From NCBI RefSeq assembly GCF_032062105.1, contig NW_026932763.1:372001-436000 (forward strand): DNA of 64,000 nt, read 5' to 3'. Source of the DNA: Saccostrea cucullata. Lineage: Eukaryota. The first letter of the stretch is position 1. Each line of letters opens with the position of its first letter. The notes below the pieces were generated by a model. It was not told where the DNA came from and ran no database searches. It saw only the letters and a list, made by a program, of their open reading frames with translations. Positions 37,901 through 52,500 of the stretch are shown piece after piece. Position numbers and translations under genes: made by a program.

Positions 37901-40900
37901 AAAACCTAAAAAGAATACATTTATCTATATAAAGCTAAATTCCTTTCCATGTTTGTTTTTTTCACCGGTAATCATCAATTGGCTATTCTTCCTTTAACCT
38001 ATAATTGTCTTGTAATTGAGTGAAAAGTAACATTAGTTTCTCAAGAATTATTAATTCTAAACTATTGAAGAAAGGACTTTTATTATTTATGCTGTTTCAC
38101 CGGATATTTTAATCTGTATTTCCTCAAGTAATTGATATTCAGCAAATTTTGTAGTCGATTTAACATCAACATCAGCACTTATTTGTCACTGTTAACATCG
38201 CAGTACTGTTAAGGCAACACTTTCTGTAAAAAGTAATGGAATCCGATGCATATATGTTTAAAAGTTTTATTTTTCAGCAAGACACTCTTGTTAAAATGGC
38301 TTTATGGTATCTTGATTGATTGATTAATTGATTGTATATTGTTTAAGGTCCCCCTCGAGAATTTTTCACTCATGGAGACGTCACCGTTTGCCGGTGAAGG
38401 CCTTCAAATTTAGACCTATACTCGGCACTCAGGGCCATTGAGCAGCGAGGAATCTTTATCGTGCCAACGCCTGCCACTGACACGGGGCCTCGGTTTTTAA
38501 GGTCTCATTTGAAGGACCCGCAACTTTCACTTTAAAGTGCTTAGAGCATGGCAAAGGAACAGTCGCTACCTATTTTAACGACTAAGTCAGTCGAGGCCGA
38601 GATACGAACTCACGACCTCCCGATCACGGAGCGAGCGCTCTACCGACTGAGATACCGTGAACGGTTTAAGGTATCTTGAAGAGTATGTCCATCGCTTTTC
38701 ACATCGGTAATTTTTTTTTTGACTTTATGTGACTCTTAAGTCACACGGACTCCGGTTTAAGTCAAATTAAACAAAATCTGCAAAGTCAATGCAAACAAAA
38801 AAATAACGGCAAAATGTTTTAGGAGTTGCCAATGTATGTATACTTTCTAAAACGTAATGCTCATTCAGTTAGTTGTTCAGCTAAAACTGACAGTAGTGTA
38901 TGAAAAATAGGATATTTTCCTACATGTTATTTCATCGCGATTTATAAATTACCTAAAAGATTACACGTACACAGATATGAGCACGACTTTTTTGAAAATT
39001 TTACAATAAAATAAAAAAAATGAAAAAAAAACCTTTTAGCCCTTACACTTTTTGATTAAAAAATAAATTCTGATCCAATTGTTTTGTAAAACACGCTTTG
39101 ATTGGATATGTCACTGATGTTTGAAACAGATAAATGAACATTAAGGAGTGAAAGCTTTTCATTGTGAAGCCATATAGGGCCATACTATAATATTCAAATC
39201 AATATCATGAATAGAAATATATCTATATTATAGGATTAAACGTTCTTTTTGAAAAATTTATCGATGTGTAAACTCTTGACATTTTACTCACAAACTAAAT
39301 AAAAGTGCGAAGCACTTTTATGTTAAGTTTGTGAGTAAAATGTCAAGAGTTTACACATCGATAAATTTTTCAAAAAGAACGTTTAATTCTTATAATTCCA
39401 ATATCGAATTTTTAAAAATATTTAAATTATTTCTCTTTGAGGCCTCCATACAATCTGTTATTTATGGACGGCGTAGGAATACATTTTACCGTAAAGGAAC
39501 GTAATCGAGATGAATTTCGATAGAGTTCAACTTAAATTGTCAAAACAATCGATAAATAAACTTATAATAACTAATCAAATGTTGTTTAAGTCAACAAATA
39601 TCTTAATTACGAGTTTACTTCAGAATAATTCGTCTTTGACCATGGCCATGTTGACATAAGCAACAACTCTCATAGGGAAAGTTGCAGACCGACGACGCCT
39701 TCAATTTGCACTTTTTTTTCAAATATTGAAACAATATAGAAAGTAAATATGAATTTGATGCTAATAGGGCAAGAGTTTGAGGTACGTTTCTTTTCCCTGT
39801 CAAAACGATACAGACTGAGCTTATTTTCTACGTTTGAACGTTGAGACAGCGATTTTTAAAATTCACACTCGTGATCGGACAGTGACATAAACATTTTCAC
39901 GGCGTCCATCAGTTAGGCAGTCTAGTATGTTGCCAGTTTTGTTTAAGCCCTAATATTAAATTTAAAGTTTCTTGTATTCATTATTTAGCCAGAACAGACC
40001 CAGAAATAACTGCTTTCATTGTTTATACGATAACCTAGTAGTGTCATCAAGAAAGTAGTTCTGATTGAAAGAATTTATCGATGTGTAAAAATTTTCTGGA
40101 ACGTGTTCTCGTCCAATCAAAACACAGGAAATCAATAGATAAAATGAAGATTGGAATTATATGTATATATATTTGTATCTTTATGTGATGGTTTTTAAGC
40201 AATTTATTACATTTTTCTTCTATTTTTTAGAATAAAGGATATGTGGTTGCATGCTAATTTAGAAACAAAACTCTGTGATAAAAATGATGAATTCAACTTT
40301 TTTATCGTCAATTCCTTTAACTATGCAACAATATACCTTAAGAATCTCAGTTGATTCGATACACAAGAGCATGTTCAACGTATGAAGAATTCCTAAAAAG
40401 AAGTTAATTACCGACAGAGTCTTTTAGATTTTAGATTTTTAAGTCATCATTTCGTAACTATTTATACACTTAATTGACGACGGATTTTCCTGTATCCAAA
40501 CAGTTTAAAAAAGGGTGGAAACATTTTTTTTAGGTTCAGAAAGTCTATCCTGTTATCTTTCTTTCTAAATATATTTTGCTTTAATACATATTCTCCCACG
40601 ATTATGTTTTGAAATGTATAGAAACCTAATGTCTCTTTAGATGCACAAGTGATATAATGACCCGATTTTATTTCAAACTGGGTATGAATATATTGCTCAC
40701 AGAAACTCTATTTTAAATTTTATTGACATTTTATGCATCCGACTGTATATATTTGATGTTCCCTTTTTATTACAATTATATTTATCTCACATTTTAATTT
40801 ACACAATACCAAGTGTGCAACAAAAATTTTCATTTGATTTAAATATAACCACAACGCATTTTTTAGAGTATAAAAGCGCTGAATAATTACCCCATGTGGA

Positions 40901-41436
40901 ATCGTCTGTCCTGTAGTATATTGTTATATCATGAATGCTGTGGATGGACGTCAAGTTTACCCACCAAGTCAGATTACTGTACCCATCAGCTGATATCGTG
41001 CATTGTCCTCCGTAGGCTGTTAACACACTTTTTAGTCCATCAACAGCATTACTGGAATCAAAGGTAGCTTGTCCGTAATTTCTATTGGAACTGTAGTAAA
41101 CATGCGCTTGGTACGTTGGGTTATTGAAAGCTATATTTTCTAAAAATGAATAAAATGTGAAATAATGTGGTCATTTGCTCACTACCATATTTTTTTTAAA
41201 GAATTATAATCATTTATTAAATCTTACTAAATTACATGAACGGTTTAGAAAATGTTTCGTTATAAGATTTCATTTATTTCAAATTTATTTATTTTTGAAG
41301 AAGATTTTTCTTGAAAAAAAAAATGTTGCTTCAATTCCTGAAAATTTATTAATATTCTCATAATACGATTTTAAAAGATCTTACCATATCCATAAACAAT
41401 AGGTAGTACTGTTATTATCAGACCCAAAGCTAGCAT
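25022..41436 (-). CDS. Receptor-type protein tyrosine phosphatase: signal peptide, F-type-lectin-like domain, 5 EGF-like exons, TM, PTP D1 (active), PTP D2 (degenerate); 1104 aa
   Basis: 26 GT-AG coding exons in consistent phase, 3315 nt total: 41385-41436, 40891-41139, 37648-37905, 37283-37417, 36207-36344, 35920-36060, 35560-35697, 35324-35427, 34775-34887 (TM), 34580-34638, 34205-34494, 33862-33949 (KNRY), 33602-33669 (DYINA), 33280-33316 (YIAAQG), 32719-32816 (DFWTMVW), 32411-32539 (KCAKYWP), 31851-31999 (WPDHG), 31411-31546 ([10 protein letters not shown] across the junction), 30756-30902, 29714-29807, 28680-28753, 28334-28468, 26065-26184, 25729-25877, 25305-25440, 25022-25099. Start context GCCGCCATG. 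Confidence 0.93.
26890..27240 (+). mobile_element. Penelope-like retroelement 3' fragment in a PTP intron
   Basis: Degenerate FRKFYG*YNDLV at 26928-26963, followed by the GGTGTGACCGGTC...GGGGATGCTCACTCCTCC...CACCTGATCCCACCTCT block. Family assignment is from recall. Confidence 0.6.
28855..28907. repeat. (CT)n(GT)n compound microsatellite
   Basis: Direct reading. Confidence 0.95.
30466..30626. repeat. Imperfect ~160-bp palindromic element with CCGAAGG apex; partial relative at 50362-50468
   Basis: TAAGGAAT...ATTCCTTA ends, arms GATCAATCGA..TGCGTGATAATT / AATTATCACGCA..TCGATTGATC, apex at 30541-30547. Confidence 0.75.
38316..38664 (-). mobile_element. tRNA-derived SINE, second family (different head, shared Deu-like domain and tail)
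   Basis: tRNA-like head at about 38590-38664, AAACCGAGGCCCCGTG core, GAAAAATTCTCGAG..TTAAACAA(TCAA)n tail. 15-bp TSD TTTAWGGTATCTTGA at 38301-38315 and 38665-38679. Confidence 0.88.
39228..40161. mobile_element. Element beginning with a near-perfect ~165-bp palindrome
   Basis: 62-bp perfect arms 39235-39296/39326-39387 and GCGAAGC apex at 39307-39313. TATAATTCCAAT (39391) is inverted at about 40150-40161. Third AATTTATCGATGTGTAAA at about 40072. Confidence 0.7.
40270..40460 (+). mobile_element. Penelope-like RT C-terminal relic
   Basis: Broken translation [11 protein letters not shown]...CNNIP...[19 protein letters not shown]. Confidence 0.65.
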
Positions 41437-43264
41437 GGCGGCGTGGTGAAGGAGACACTCTTACCAATGAGGAAGTTAATAATATAGTGCAACAGAGCGA
41501 AAACTCTACCCCATTTGCTGTTACTTGATAAACAAGTTATTCAAACATCACTGATTTTGTTTTGACAGCTCTTATACATTTTTAAAATAAACATTGAAGG
41601 AGTCAAGTTACATTTTTAAAGACATGACAAAATGATTTCTTATCTGCTTTGTTAAAGGCTGTGTAAATATTGTCTAATTTCTTTCCTTGTTAAAGGTGAC
41701 GCACTGAAGCGATAGAGAAAAATCGACATTTCATTGTGTCAGTCGGTATGACATAAGAATGCAATAAAGTATATGTATTTCAAACACTTATGTAAGAGTA
41801 ACCTAAAGGGTACCTGTCATGATAGAACAAGACTATTTCACACTTGCACGTTTTCGCACAGTGATCTCTTTTGGGTACCAAAAAGTCATGTAAAAGTTCC
41901 CCTTTAATCCTTTGCTCTGGTCTGCTACTCCTGTATCTTTTCTAGATAGAAAAAAAAAACATAAAAGTTTTTATTATTATTATTATTAAAATGTCCAATA
42001 TTCCTTATACAATCAAAAACATGATGAAGAAATAAAACAAAAAAAGATAGCACACATTTCTGAATTAAAAGCTTCCTCGCATATGAGTTTAATGTAACGG
42101 AATTTTAACGAATGATAATTTTATTGCGTAATCTTATAATGAAAGCAGTTGAATATTTCCTGGATAATCCGATAGTTGTCCCGATATATCCAGGTCGAAG
42201 GACAAACATACATGTAATATAAAGTTCTCTTTTAAGAAGCAAGATTTATTATACGAAATGTTGCCTGCATATTGATATAAGGAAGAGATATTAATTTACA
42301 CGTAGATTTTAAAGCGAAGGGATAAAATGGATTATAATCATCTGTTTATTTTTGGCAGACAGGTATTTTTTTTGATGTTCCTTAGCTCTCCTACAAAAAA
42401 CCTTTCTGCTTGAAGGAGAATTTTTTTTTTAATTTCTAATATGGAAATTATTATATAGAAAGGAGGGAGAGCTTCTTTGTGAAACATTATTCATCATTTT
42501 TAGCGTTCTGTATAAGAATTTGTAAACCTGTAAACCTTGTTTCTTTAATATCTATCCGACTAATAATTATTTTATTTTGATGAACAATAAAGATTCAATG
42601 AACAGTACTATCCATTCTGAAGTTTGTAGGATGGAGGCATAAGAATTCCATTAGTACCTATACTTTTCTTATGAACGCTATGTATGACTTACCTTCAAAC
42701 TATCGAATAAGAATTCTCAGATGGGCTTTAAAAATACGCATTTAAAGTGTTTGCAGACGATTGAACACCACACACTTTTTAGATCTTACAGCTTGATTTG
42801 TTATGTAGGTTTTATATTACATCCTTTGTTTGACAGCTTTTAAAAGAGGAACTAAAAACTGGACAGAACAATAATCTCTACCTTAATTTCCTATATATTG
42901 CTTTCATAAATTGATAATTCATTTATTGAGCCTTTAAATTTATTAATATATGATTATCTTACTTTACATATTAAAGTTGAAATTCATAAAGCAATTAAAT
43001 GTCGAGTCTGTGTTGAGTTATGATAACAACTAATCAAAGTACTGAGAGTACTGATAGGGGAAAGCATTATTGCAAGTTCTCATGTTCAAAAGTTTAATAA
43101 CACATATTTGAAGTATAAAATGTTTTAAAGGAGGGAGGGGTGATAAATATTTTGAAGTTTGTAGTATTGAAACCAAGGAACAAGAATGAATAATATGTCT
43201 CCCTTTTGAAGCGGAGACATGAGAATAAGGGACATCAATAGCAATATGAATATTTTAACATTTA

Positions 43265-43593
43265 TTATACCCCCCTCCCCCGCTTGAACAGCGGGAGGGT
43301 ATACTGTAATCGGTATGTCCGTCTGTCTGTACGTCTAGCTGTCCGTCCGTCCGTCTGTTACGCTTTGGGGTACTCATCTCATATCCACAACTCCTCTTAT
43401 ACCACTGAGTGAAATTTAATGAAACCTACACAGAATCTTTATTAAATATTGCCATTGTGCACCTTCTATTTTATTTTTTGATGCAACACATATTTTGGGT
43501 TTCCCGACCACAGCAAAACATGGACTTTCCATGATAATCATTTGGGAGGCGGGGGTATCATTTAGGGAGCTCAATGCTCACAGTACCTCTAGT
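43265..43593 (+). mobile_element. Helentron-associated (DINE-1-like) element
   Basis: TTATACCC subTIR with hairpin, (GTCC/GTCT)n microsatellite, GGGGGTAT subTIR, GAGC..GCTC stem-loop, CTAG end in a T-rich site. Confidence 0.8.
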
Positions 43594-44520
43594 TTTTGTC
43601 AAGTATAAGAAGTTAAAATTGATATGCAAGTTGCAATACATAAAAATTGTAAAATATGGTTTTGGCGAACAAAAAATGGATAATTATAAAGTTTCACACA
43701 AAAATGAGTACTAATGAGTAATCGAAAACAATAGATATCACAACTGCTTTTTTTGTTTTTATGTGTATTAAGTTTTAGTACCAATGACACAAATTCTTGT
43801 TATAAAACAGCTAATTAAATAAGGATGCAACATACATAGGAGACTTTACATAAATTTACAATGTGCTTGTGGTTCTATGAATTGTTTTCATTCAATACAC
43901 CTATGGCCCAGGTAAAACAACTCACAAGTATCTAAAGCTGATGACAGGTGAACCCTGTGTTGTCATGATGTCCAGAATGAATGGAATATTTTTTTTCAGG
44001 AGAGCAAGTCCTTGAACGCCAGACAATCTTTAGTTTTATTACTGTGGTAAATTTGTCTTTGATGATTGTAAAATATTGGTACATACATCCCAATATCAAT
44101 GCCAGGTGATTTTTTTTTCTGGATATTATCTACGCCATTTCCCTCGAAACCGTCTTTCGGAGAATTTTCTACAAAGTGTATAATTGAAAAAAAAAATTAA
44201 GAATATCTCATAATGTTTAATAGTATTTAACAAAATTATTTTACAATGTATTCGGCTTTCAATAAATGAAATCAAGATCCTCAATTGACCTTTTATGATA
44301 TATTTTAATATATTTCCTAGGGAAGTCAACTTTACGAATACGAAATTACAAGTACGAATACTAAAAATAGGTACTCAGTTACTCGGATGTATATTATTTC
44401 TTATTTCAAAGTACACATTTGTATCAAAATCTTATCAATTATAACTAAAACATGCAAATGGTAATTAGCATGTCTTCATTTACACCTAGCTGTAAAACAT
44501 CCGTTTTCGCCTTGATCTAC

Positions 44521-44553
44521 ATTCATTCATTCATTCATTCATTCATTCATTCA
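44521..44553. repeat. (ATTC)n microsatellite
   Basis: Direct reading. Confidence 0.95.
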
Positions 44554-46586
44554 GTGAAATCTAACAAGCATAGAAATTAATGCCACTCTACCCAAGATTC
44601 AAAACCGCTGAACGTCAACTTGTGTAGTAAGTTAAGGGTATGTATACTGGAAACAACCAACGAATGTTAGAATATAAGATTAGCGATGCTGACAAACAAC
44701 ATCCGACCTCTCTCTTTCACTAGTTATATAATTACTTACATGACTGTGTACACAGCAGTTTGTCAAGTAGATCCAATTAAAGCAACCTTTTTTTAATTGT
44801 TGGTGTATATTGTGCATTTGTGTTTTATTTGATAATTAATTTTAGTACCAAAATTTTTTCCAATGGAATTGGTAATTATTTGTACATTTATTGCATTGAT
44901 TAACATGATAAATTCAGCTTTGTGGGTTAACAGAGCTTAATTTAACTAGGCTTGATGAAAATAAAACTTTTATCTGTAGTTTACCGTGTAACTGTGTATT
45001 CAATTGGGATAAAGTCAGAGTAAGTGATTATTAAATATTGACCAATTTGACTTCCCTATTTTTTTTTTGTATTTTTTTCTCTCTCAAAAGCCTACTTCTA
45101 TAAGTAATCATGTATTTGCATGTATTAAAAAAAAAATGAAAGAAAATACGCAAGTCAACAAAAATAAAAAAAAATGTCAAAATATACTTTCAAAAATAGT
45201 ATTCGGTTCATTTTTGCCATCATAACAAGAACATTTGTTATGCTATCAAAAATCATAAAGCATGAAAAATTTTCCACTAGAAATATATTAAATTGATGTA
45301 CTGGTCTCTGGTCGTGCTGAGTAGAGTTTTCTTCTGCCATTTAGAGGTGACACAGAGCAAATTCACATTGCAATCTTAATCATATCCCACTTTCTGTAAG
45401 CTGCCTCCATAGGAGTATTAAAATAACTATTCGTTCTATTATAAGCCTATTATTTTTATTGGACTTTTTTTACTTAAATCAAAATAAATTTTGATATGAT
45501 AATAACGATAAAGATTGGGAAGGGGGTCGAATATGATTTAGCGAGTTGTTTGCCCTTAGTTTAAGATACATCCGTTTGGAGTACCATGATACAGGGCAAA
45601 CATCTTGAGAGGTCAAAAGGTCAACAAAGCAAATTATATGTAAAAGGCGGCTTCCGCCTAAAACGCAAGTTAAACACGAGGGTATGTGCGATTGCACATG
45701 CTTAAGTTACATGTATTTTCCAAAAAAGGAAGACAAACATATCTGTTAGAAATACAGACATTTTAATAATATCTTTATGACTACATGTAGAAGTATTTTG
45801 GAGTTTTTGTATTTATTAACGAACACATATCTGTGTTTTAAAAAGCACCGGTTATGGGCAACTTTGCATCTTTTAAATTTACTTTTTTTCATTTTTTTTT
45901 TTACAATGTTTATATTTTTTTCTAAGGGATTCTTAATTAAACAAAAGCTTTCATGTTTTAAGTTCACCAGGCAATAGTAACAGATGAAAACAGAGAAACA
46001 GGGAAGTTTAATATCGATAGGATGAAGAAAGTCAGAAGAAAAACTTAATGATATGACTTAAAAGAAGCACACAAAGGATGATAATTAAAAAAAAAAAGAT
46101 TGTTCCACTAATATCAATTTAGTACAGATTTAACGGTTGCCTTTGGTGAAGCTTGTCTTGCGAACAAGAATATCATGAATTACGATTTGTTTTTAAACAA
46201 AGGTCTTCATGTTGCGTTGACTTCGTTATAACCAAGTTTTACTGTGTATATTTTGTAAAGTGCTTAACATTGCCTTAATATTTTAAAATTAACTAATTGT
46301 ATCGTATCCTCCTCTACCTGAAATGAACTTTTTATAGCAGGCTGCTATGAACCATAATATGATTAGTGAATAAAACTATGTGGATTTTAATTGCTCACCC
46401 ATAATTTGATAATGAATATCACAATGAAGCCAAAAGTCAAAAACATTATTCATTCATAAATCATTCTTCTCTTCAGTATTTTCACTTAATATTAAATTGA
46501 CTTAAAGTCAAATTATATTCAACAATTGAATGGGCGGGTTACGTTCACAAATGAAATTCTACCTATAATCACGGTCCTGTAACAAT

Positions 46587-46882
46587 GTCGCCCGCGTGGC
46601 ACTGTGGTTAAAGCGTCTGCTCTAGAGTCTCGAAGTAAGGAGTTGATCCTTGCGTCGCAGGTTCGAATCCCACTGTGGGACGTGGAGACCGTTCCTTCTG
46701 ATAAGCCGTATAAACCGAGGTCCCGTGTCGCAGTTGGGTCTAATACGTAAAAGATCTCTTCCTGCTGAATGGTCCTGGATGCCGAGTATAGGACAAAATT
46801 TGTAGCTCTCCACAACAAGTGGCGGCGTCTCCGTTTGAGTTGAAAATTCTTGAGAGGGACATTAAACACTATTTAATCAATC
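46587..46882 (+). mobile_element. tRNA-derived SINE, same family as 6910-7199, more diverged
   Basis: Collinear with 6910-7199. B box GGTTCGAATCC. Remnant TSD GGTCCTGT at 46573-46580 and 46888-46895. Confidence 0.88.
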
Positions 46883-47418
46883 ATAAAGGTCCTGTGAATT
46901 CGAATATGTCAAAGTCAAGTTTTGTTTTTGTTTATTTATTTATTTATTTTTTCAGGGTCCATTTTTTATTTGTTTTCTAGATCGTTTCAAAAATACAATG
47001 CAGTCTTTAATTATGAGAGTTGTTAGAACTTTAAGTAAATTCATTATATAATGTTCTTTAAATCGATTTCTAATGTCGTTTTGAAAAAAAAAAAGAAACC
47101 AGATTATCTAACCCAGTTCCTTAAGTGCATATTTAAATTCGTGAAACACATGTTTCCACTCTCTAGTCTTGTTTTTTTTTAAATAAATACAAAGAGAAAG
47201 TAGTCTCTGAATAATCTGTAAGGCATCCAGTTATAGAGTACGTTGAAAACTTTATTTCAATAAAATACCAACATTCAGTTTAGTAAGGATATTTTTTTTA
47301 ATTCAGTTTATTTTATTTATACATGATAACCGCAATTCTTCTTCACTTGGATTGAAATCATTTACCTGTATATGGATAAAGCTTACCGCTCATTTAATAC
47401 TATGACTCGGAACAAATA

Positions 47419-48427
<1,009 letters not shown>

Positions 48428-49475
48428 CAAATAAATGGTTTCATGAGATCAATCAAATGATAAAGAACAACTGTCACTATAGCAGCTTATATGAAATGTT
48501 TACCGTTTATGAGCTATAACTCAAAATCTTTCTGGGACCCAGGATCCCTTATTTGAGGGGCTAGCCCTCTTTTAGTGATGAACGAGATTTTTTCAACATG
48601 TCTCAACAACTTATTTTCAGTACAAACGATACATAAGGAGATATAAGTAAATTTTTCTGCATTACGGCATTTACATTTTTCACCCTATCTAGCGCTGTTT
48701 TGAGCGCAGAAGTAACAAAAAAAAAAAAAGATATGCATAACTGCAATTCTTCAATTATTTAAATTAAGTAGAATATTGCCCAAACTTTTGACGTCTCTGG
48801 GCCTTTATCTGGAAACGAATGGTACCATATTTTCATTTAAAGGGAAATAACTCCAAAGCAAAAGATAATTTTTGAAATGTAAAAAACAATCTTACTGAGT
48901 CTTGTAACATCTGAATCTCTAATTATTTGTACCAAATCGGTTGAGAAATGAACGGTTTATGAGGTTTCAAAGGCATTTAGGGAAAAAAGAATAATAGGGA
49001 ATAATCTTAAACAGAATAATCAGTGCATGTAGGCCTTCTGCACAAGCGAAAGACCTGAATTACGGTAATCGGTAGAAGGCATTTACTTGTAACGAAAGAC
49101 CCTAATAACTACTAAATACTATAATATAAAAATTAAAACATATCATTGAATAAGTATTTTATCAACAGTTGCCATCTGGAAGCTTCTTTCACTGATTGTT
49201 CTTTGGTTTATCATTTTCTATCGCAACCCATTGGAAGGTATTGAAAAACAAGAGACAGAAACAGAAACATGAATGTAAACAATGAAATTATAGATTTGGA
49301 CAGCATAAATCAAGCTTATGATAACATTCAAGGACAAAGAATTGCATGCATTTGATTTTTGATTTAAAAAAAAAAATATTTAAAATATATCATTTTCAAA
49401 AAAGAAAATCTTCAAAGCTAAGCAATTCAAATTTATCAATTTTTCTTTCAAATGTTTCAGAACGTCAATATTTAT

Positions 49476-49539
<64 letters not shown>
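49476..49539. repeat. (CT)n microsatellite
   Basis: Direct reading. Confidence 0.95.
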
Positions 49540-49541
<2 letters not shown>

Positions 49542-49575
49542 AGTAACTGTGTAAAATTATTAAGACAGGTTTCCT

Positions 49576-52500
49576 CTAAAAATCATTTTTCAAACATATC
49601 TTCTTAGGTGGAGGTGGTGGCATTGGTCGTATAGGGGGTATAACTGGATGTCCAGCCGGTGCTGCCTTTGGTCGTGTTCCACTAATTCCAGATGTAACCT
49701 CCGCAATAGTAAATTGTACCTCCACAGAGATCTCATTATGTCCAAAACGATCTAGTAAGAAAAAAAAAGATTTATTCTTCTTGACTCGCGTTGTCCTGCG
49801 GTGTTGATAAAAAGAACATGAATGCAGAATCAATTTCTGTTTTTTGCACAGTAGCATATATACATGGTAATTTCATTTCAATTAAAAAATCCTTTTTTGA
49901 TAGTCCAGGTCTGACATTTGAGGTAAGGAAGACACTGTTCCTCATAAATATACGCAAGGAATTAAGTATCGCGTAATTTTTGGAAAAGAATCACGCGCAA
50001 AAATAAAATTTCATTCCCTTTTTTATGGTGCTGAAATCTATATAATCTCTGGAACAACTTTCCATTTGCAAAATATCATTCTCGTGATTTGACGTTGAAG
50101 AGTCTTAACATCTGCATAATAAGTACTCGCAAACATGTACATTATCAGAAAAAATGCTCAGGAGGAGAGAATTTTATTTAAGATCGATTTTTTTTCATTG
50201 AAGACACCTACTCTGCTAAGTTATGTAAAGAATAAAAAATTTAAGCGCATAGAATTGGTTTGCTGCCAATATTTCATAAACAAATGAATATATTGACAAA
50301 TGGTTTGCTTTACAGAGATACGTTTAGGCCTCCAAGAAAGTATCACCGTGTACTATTATACAGGGAATAGCTGTCTTATTTTTCGATTTCATGATGTGAA
50401 CAATAGATTGGGTTGCGTGATAATTTGCATAAAGGCTAAAGACATTTCCGATCGGTAACGTATTCCTTTACAGCATTTTCTAATGCATGTTTTGTGCGAT
50501 AATTGAATAATGAGCCATCGAAATTTCCTAAATGTTAAAATTCACAAATACGAGGGTTGATCCAAAAGTAATGTCACACTGTCCATATCTTTTATATTTG
50601 GCGTCATATTATCAAATACAATATACCAAAAGATGCACAATTACAAATCTAATTAACATTGAAATTCTCATGTAATAATGTTTATTTGAATTTATTTTAT
50701 AGATGTTTGAAATATAGAGCATAGTGGGTGTCGCCGCGTCACAACTGAACGTCAAGTTTTAAAGTGTATTTTTTGTCAGAATGAAAAATACAAACCCATT
50801 AAAAAGGTTCTAAAAAAAGCACCTAATCTCTCATTTTTTTAAAAGACACAATTCAAGTCAATTTCTAGTCTTTTATTGAAAATCAAATGATGGCATTGGT
50901 ATTTGTGATCATAAATATTGTTGTTTTACTCTGTTGAAGTGAACAAAGGGATTGTCGAAATTGTCGAAATGATAAAAAAAAAAAACCCGGCTCGACGAAG
51001 TGTACTGCATTTTTGCTTCAAAATATAGAAATCATCACTAGCGACAGTTGTGTTAATAAATAAGACTCACAGAATAAAGAATATAAGTGAGAGACTTCGT
51101 AATAGATGATTTCAGTAATTTTGGTCGGATGGTGTGTCATTGAATGATCAGCAGAGGACAAGAAGACCGAAAGATAGGAGATCAGATGGAAACATTCAAT
51201 GGTGTCTGACGTTGTCAAAACACACAAAGGGATAGAGTGACATGTGAATTTTTAAGTTTGTATTCTGCTACTGTTTAAAATATTTTGACAAAGGGCTTAA
51301 TTATGAAAAGATTGAGTGTATAATGGTACCAAGAATTCTTAAAGAGAGTGAAATTGGTGAAAGTCTTTGCGAATCACAAATATTTTTTGATGAAATATAG
51401 GGAAAACGCTTGAAAGAATCACGGTGTGTATCCGTCATATGATGTTATATTTAGGTGCGGCGACTATAATAATTGCAATTACCATCGTTTAAAATCTGAT
51501 ATTTTGGAAAGTATACATCATATTCCTTTGAATTTTTCATGTCTCATTTGAAATTAATGAAGTTTTCATCATGTGTAATTTTGTTGTTTTACGTCGAATT
51601 ATAGCAATTTTATCGAAGTTGTGACATTACTTTTGGATCAACCCTCGTACGTATGTTATAAACAATGGAATCTTAACATTCATGTTTTTCTTAAATATTT
51701 CTGCAATTTATTCTGATAAACCCATTTATAATGAAATTAATATATAAGGAAAAACGAAATTATTAAATTAAGAAAAACGAAATGGTTTATTAAATTATTT
51801 CGTTTTTCTTTATTAAATAATTTCTTTTTTCTTCGCATATTAATTCGTTTTTCTTTTTATATTTATTATGTGGCCCCGAAAGAAGTTGGGCAACATATTG
51901 CGATTGTACTCATGTTTTTTGTTCTACGGACTGTTTCTCGGATAAGGCTGGGACAATCTTCCTGAAACTTTCCACAAAGCAAGATCACTTGATGTAGTTG
52001 TGTTGTGTGTTCATTCAGTTTCAAAATGGCTACCATAGCCATGGAAACCTGCAAAAAGCGACGAATTTTTACCGCAAGTCTTCTCTCTGGTCCCTTGAAC
52101 ATTCGTCGTTCTTAAATCTTAGTATTAAAAGGACTGATACGAATTAATGGTTTTACAAGCTTATCTTATCGGTATTGTTTTTGTAATACAAAATAATACA
52201 GTCCTCTCCAGTCTGGGGCGACATACGCTATAGTTTGCAATAGCAGACTTTCTAGTTTAGTTTCCTTTATATATTAATTTCGTTTTTCTTTATACATCAA
52301 TTTCGTTTTTCTTTATACATCAATTTCGTTTTTCTTAATTTAATAATATCGTTTTTCTTAATTTAATGATTTCGTTTTTCTTTATTTAATAATTTCATTT
52401 TTCTTCATTTATTTATGGTTTGCACTATTGGGCTTCCGTAATCAAGTGATATCGTTACAAATGTGTTTTAATATAGTCTACATAAATTGGTCATACTTAA

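Noticed and set aside
43850-45340. Short ORFs or exon-like stretches upstream of the PTP gene
   Set aside because: No consistent splice phases or recognisable motifs.
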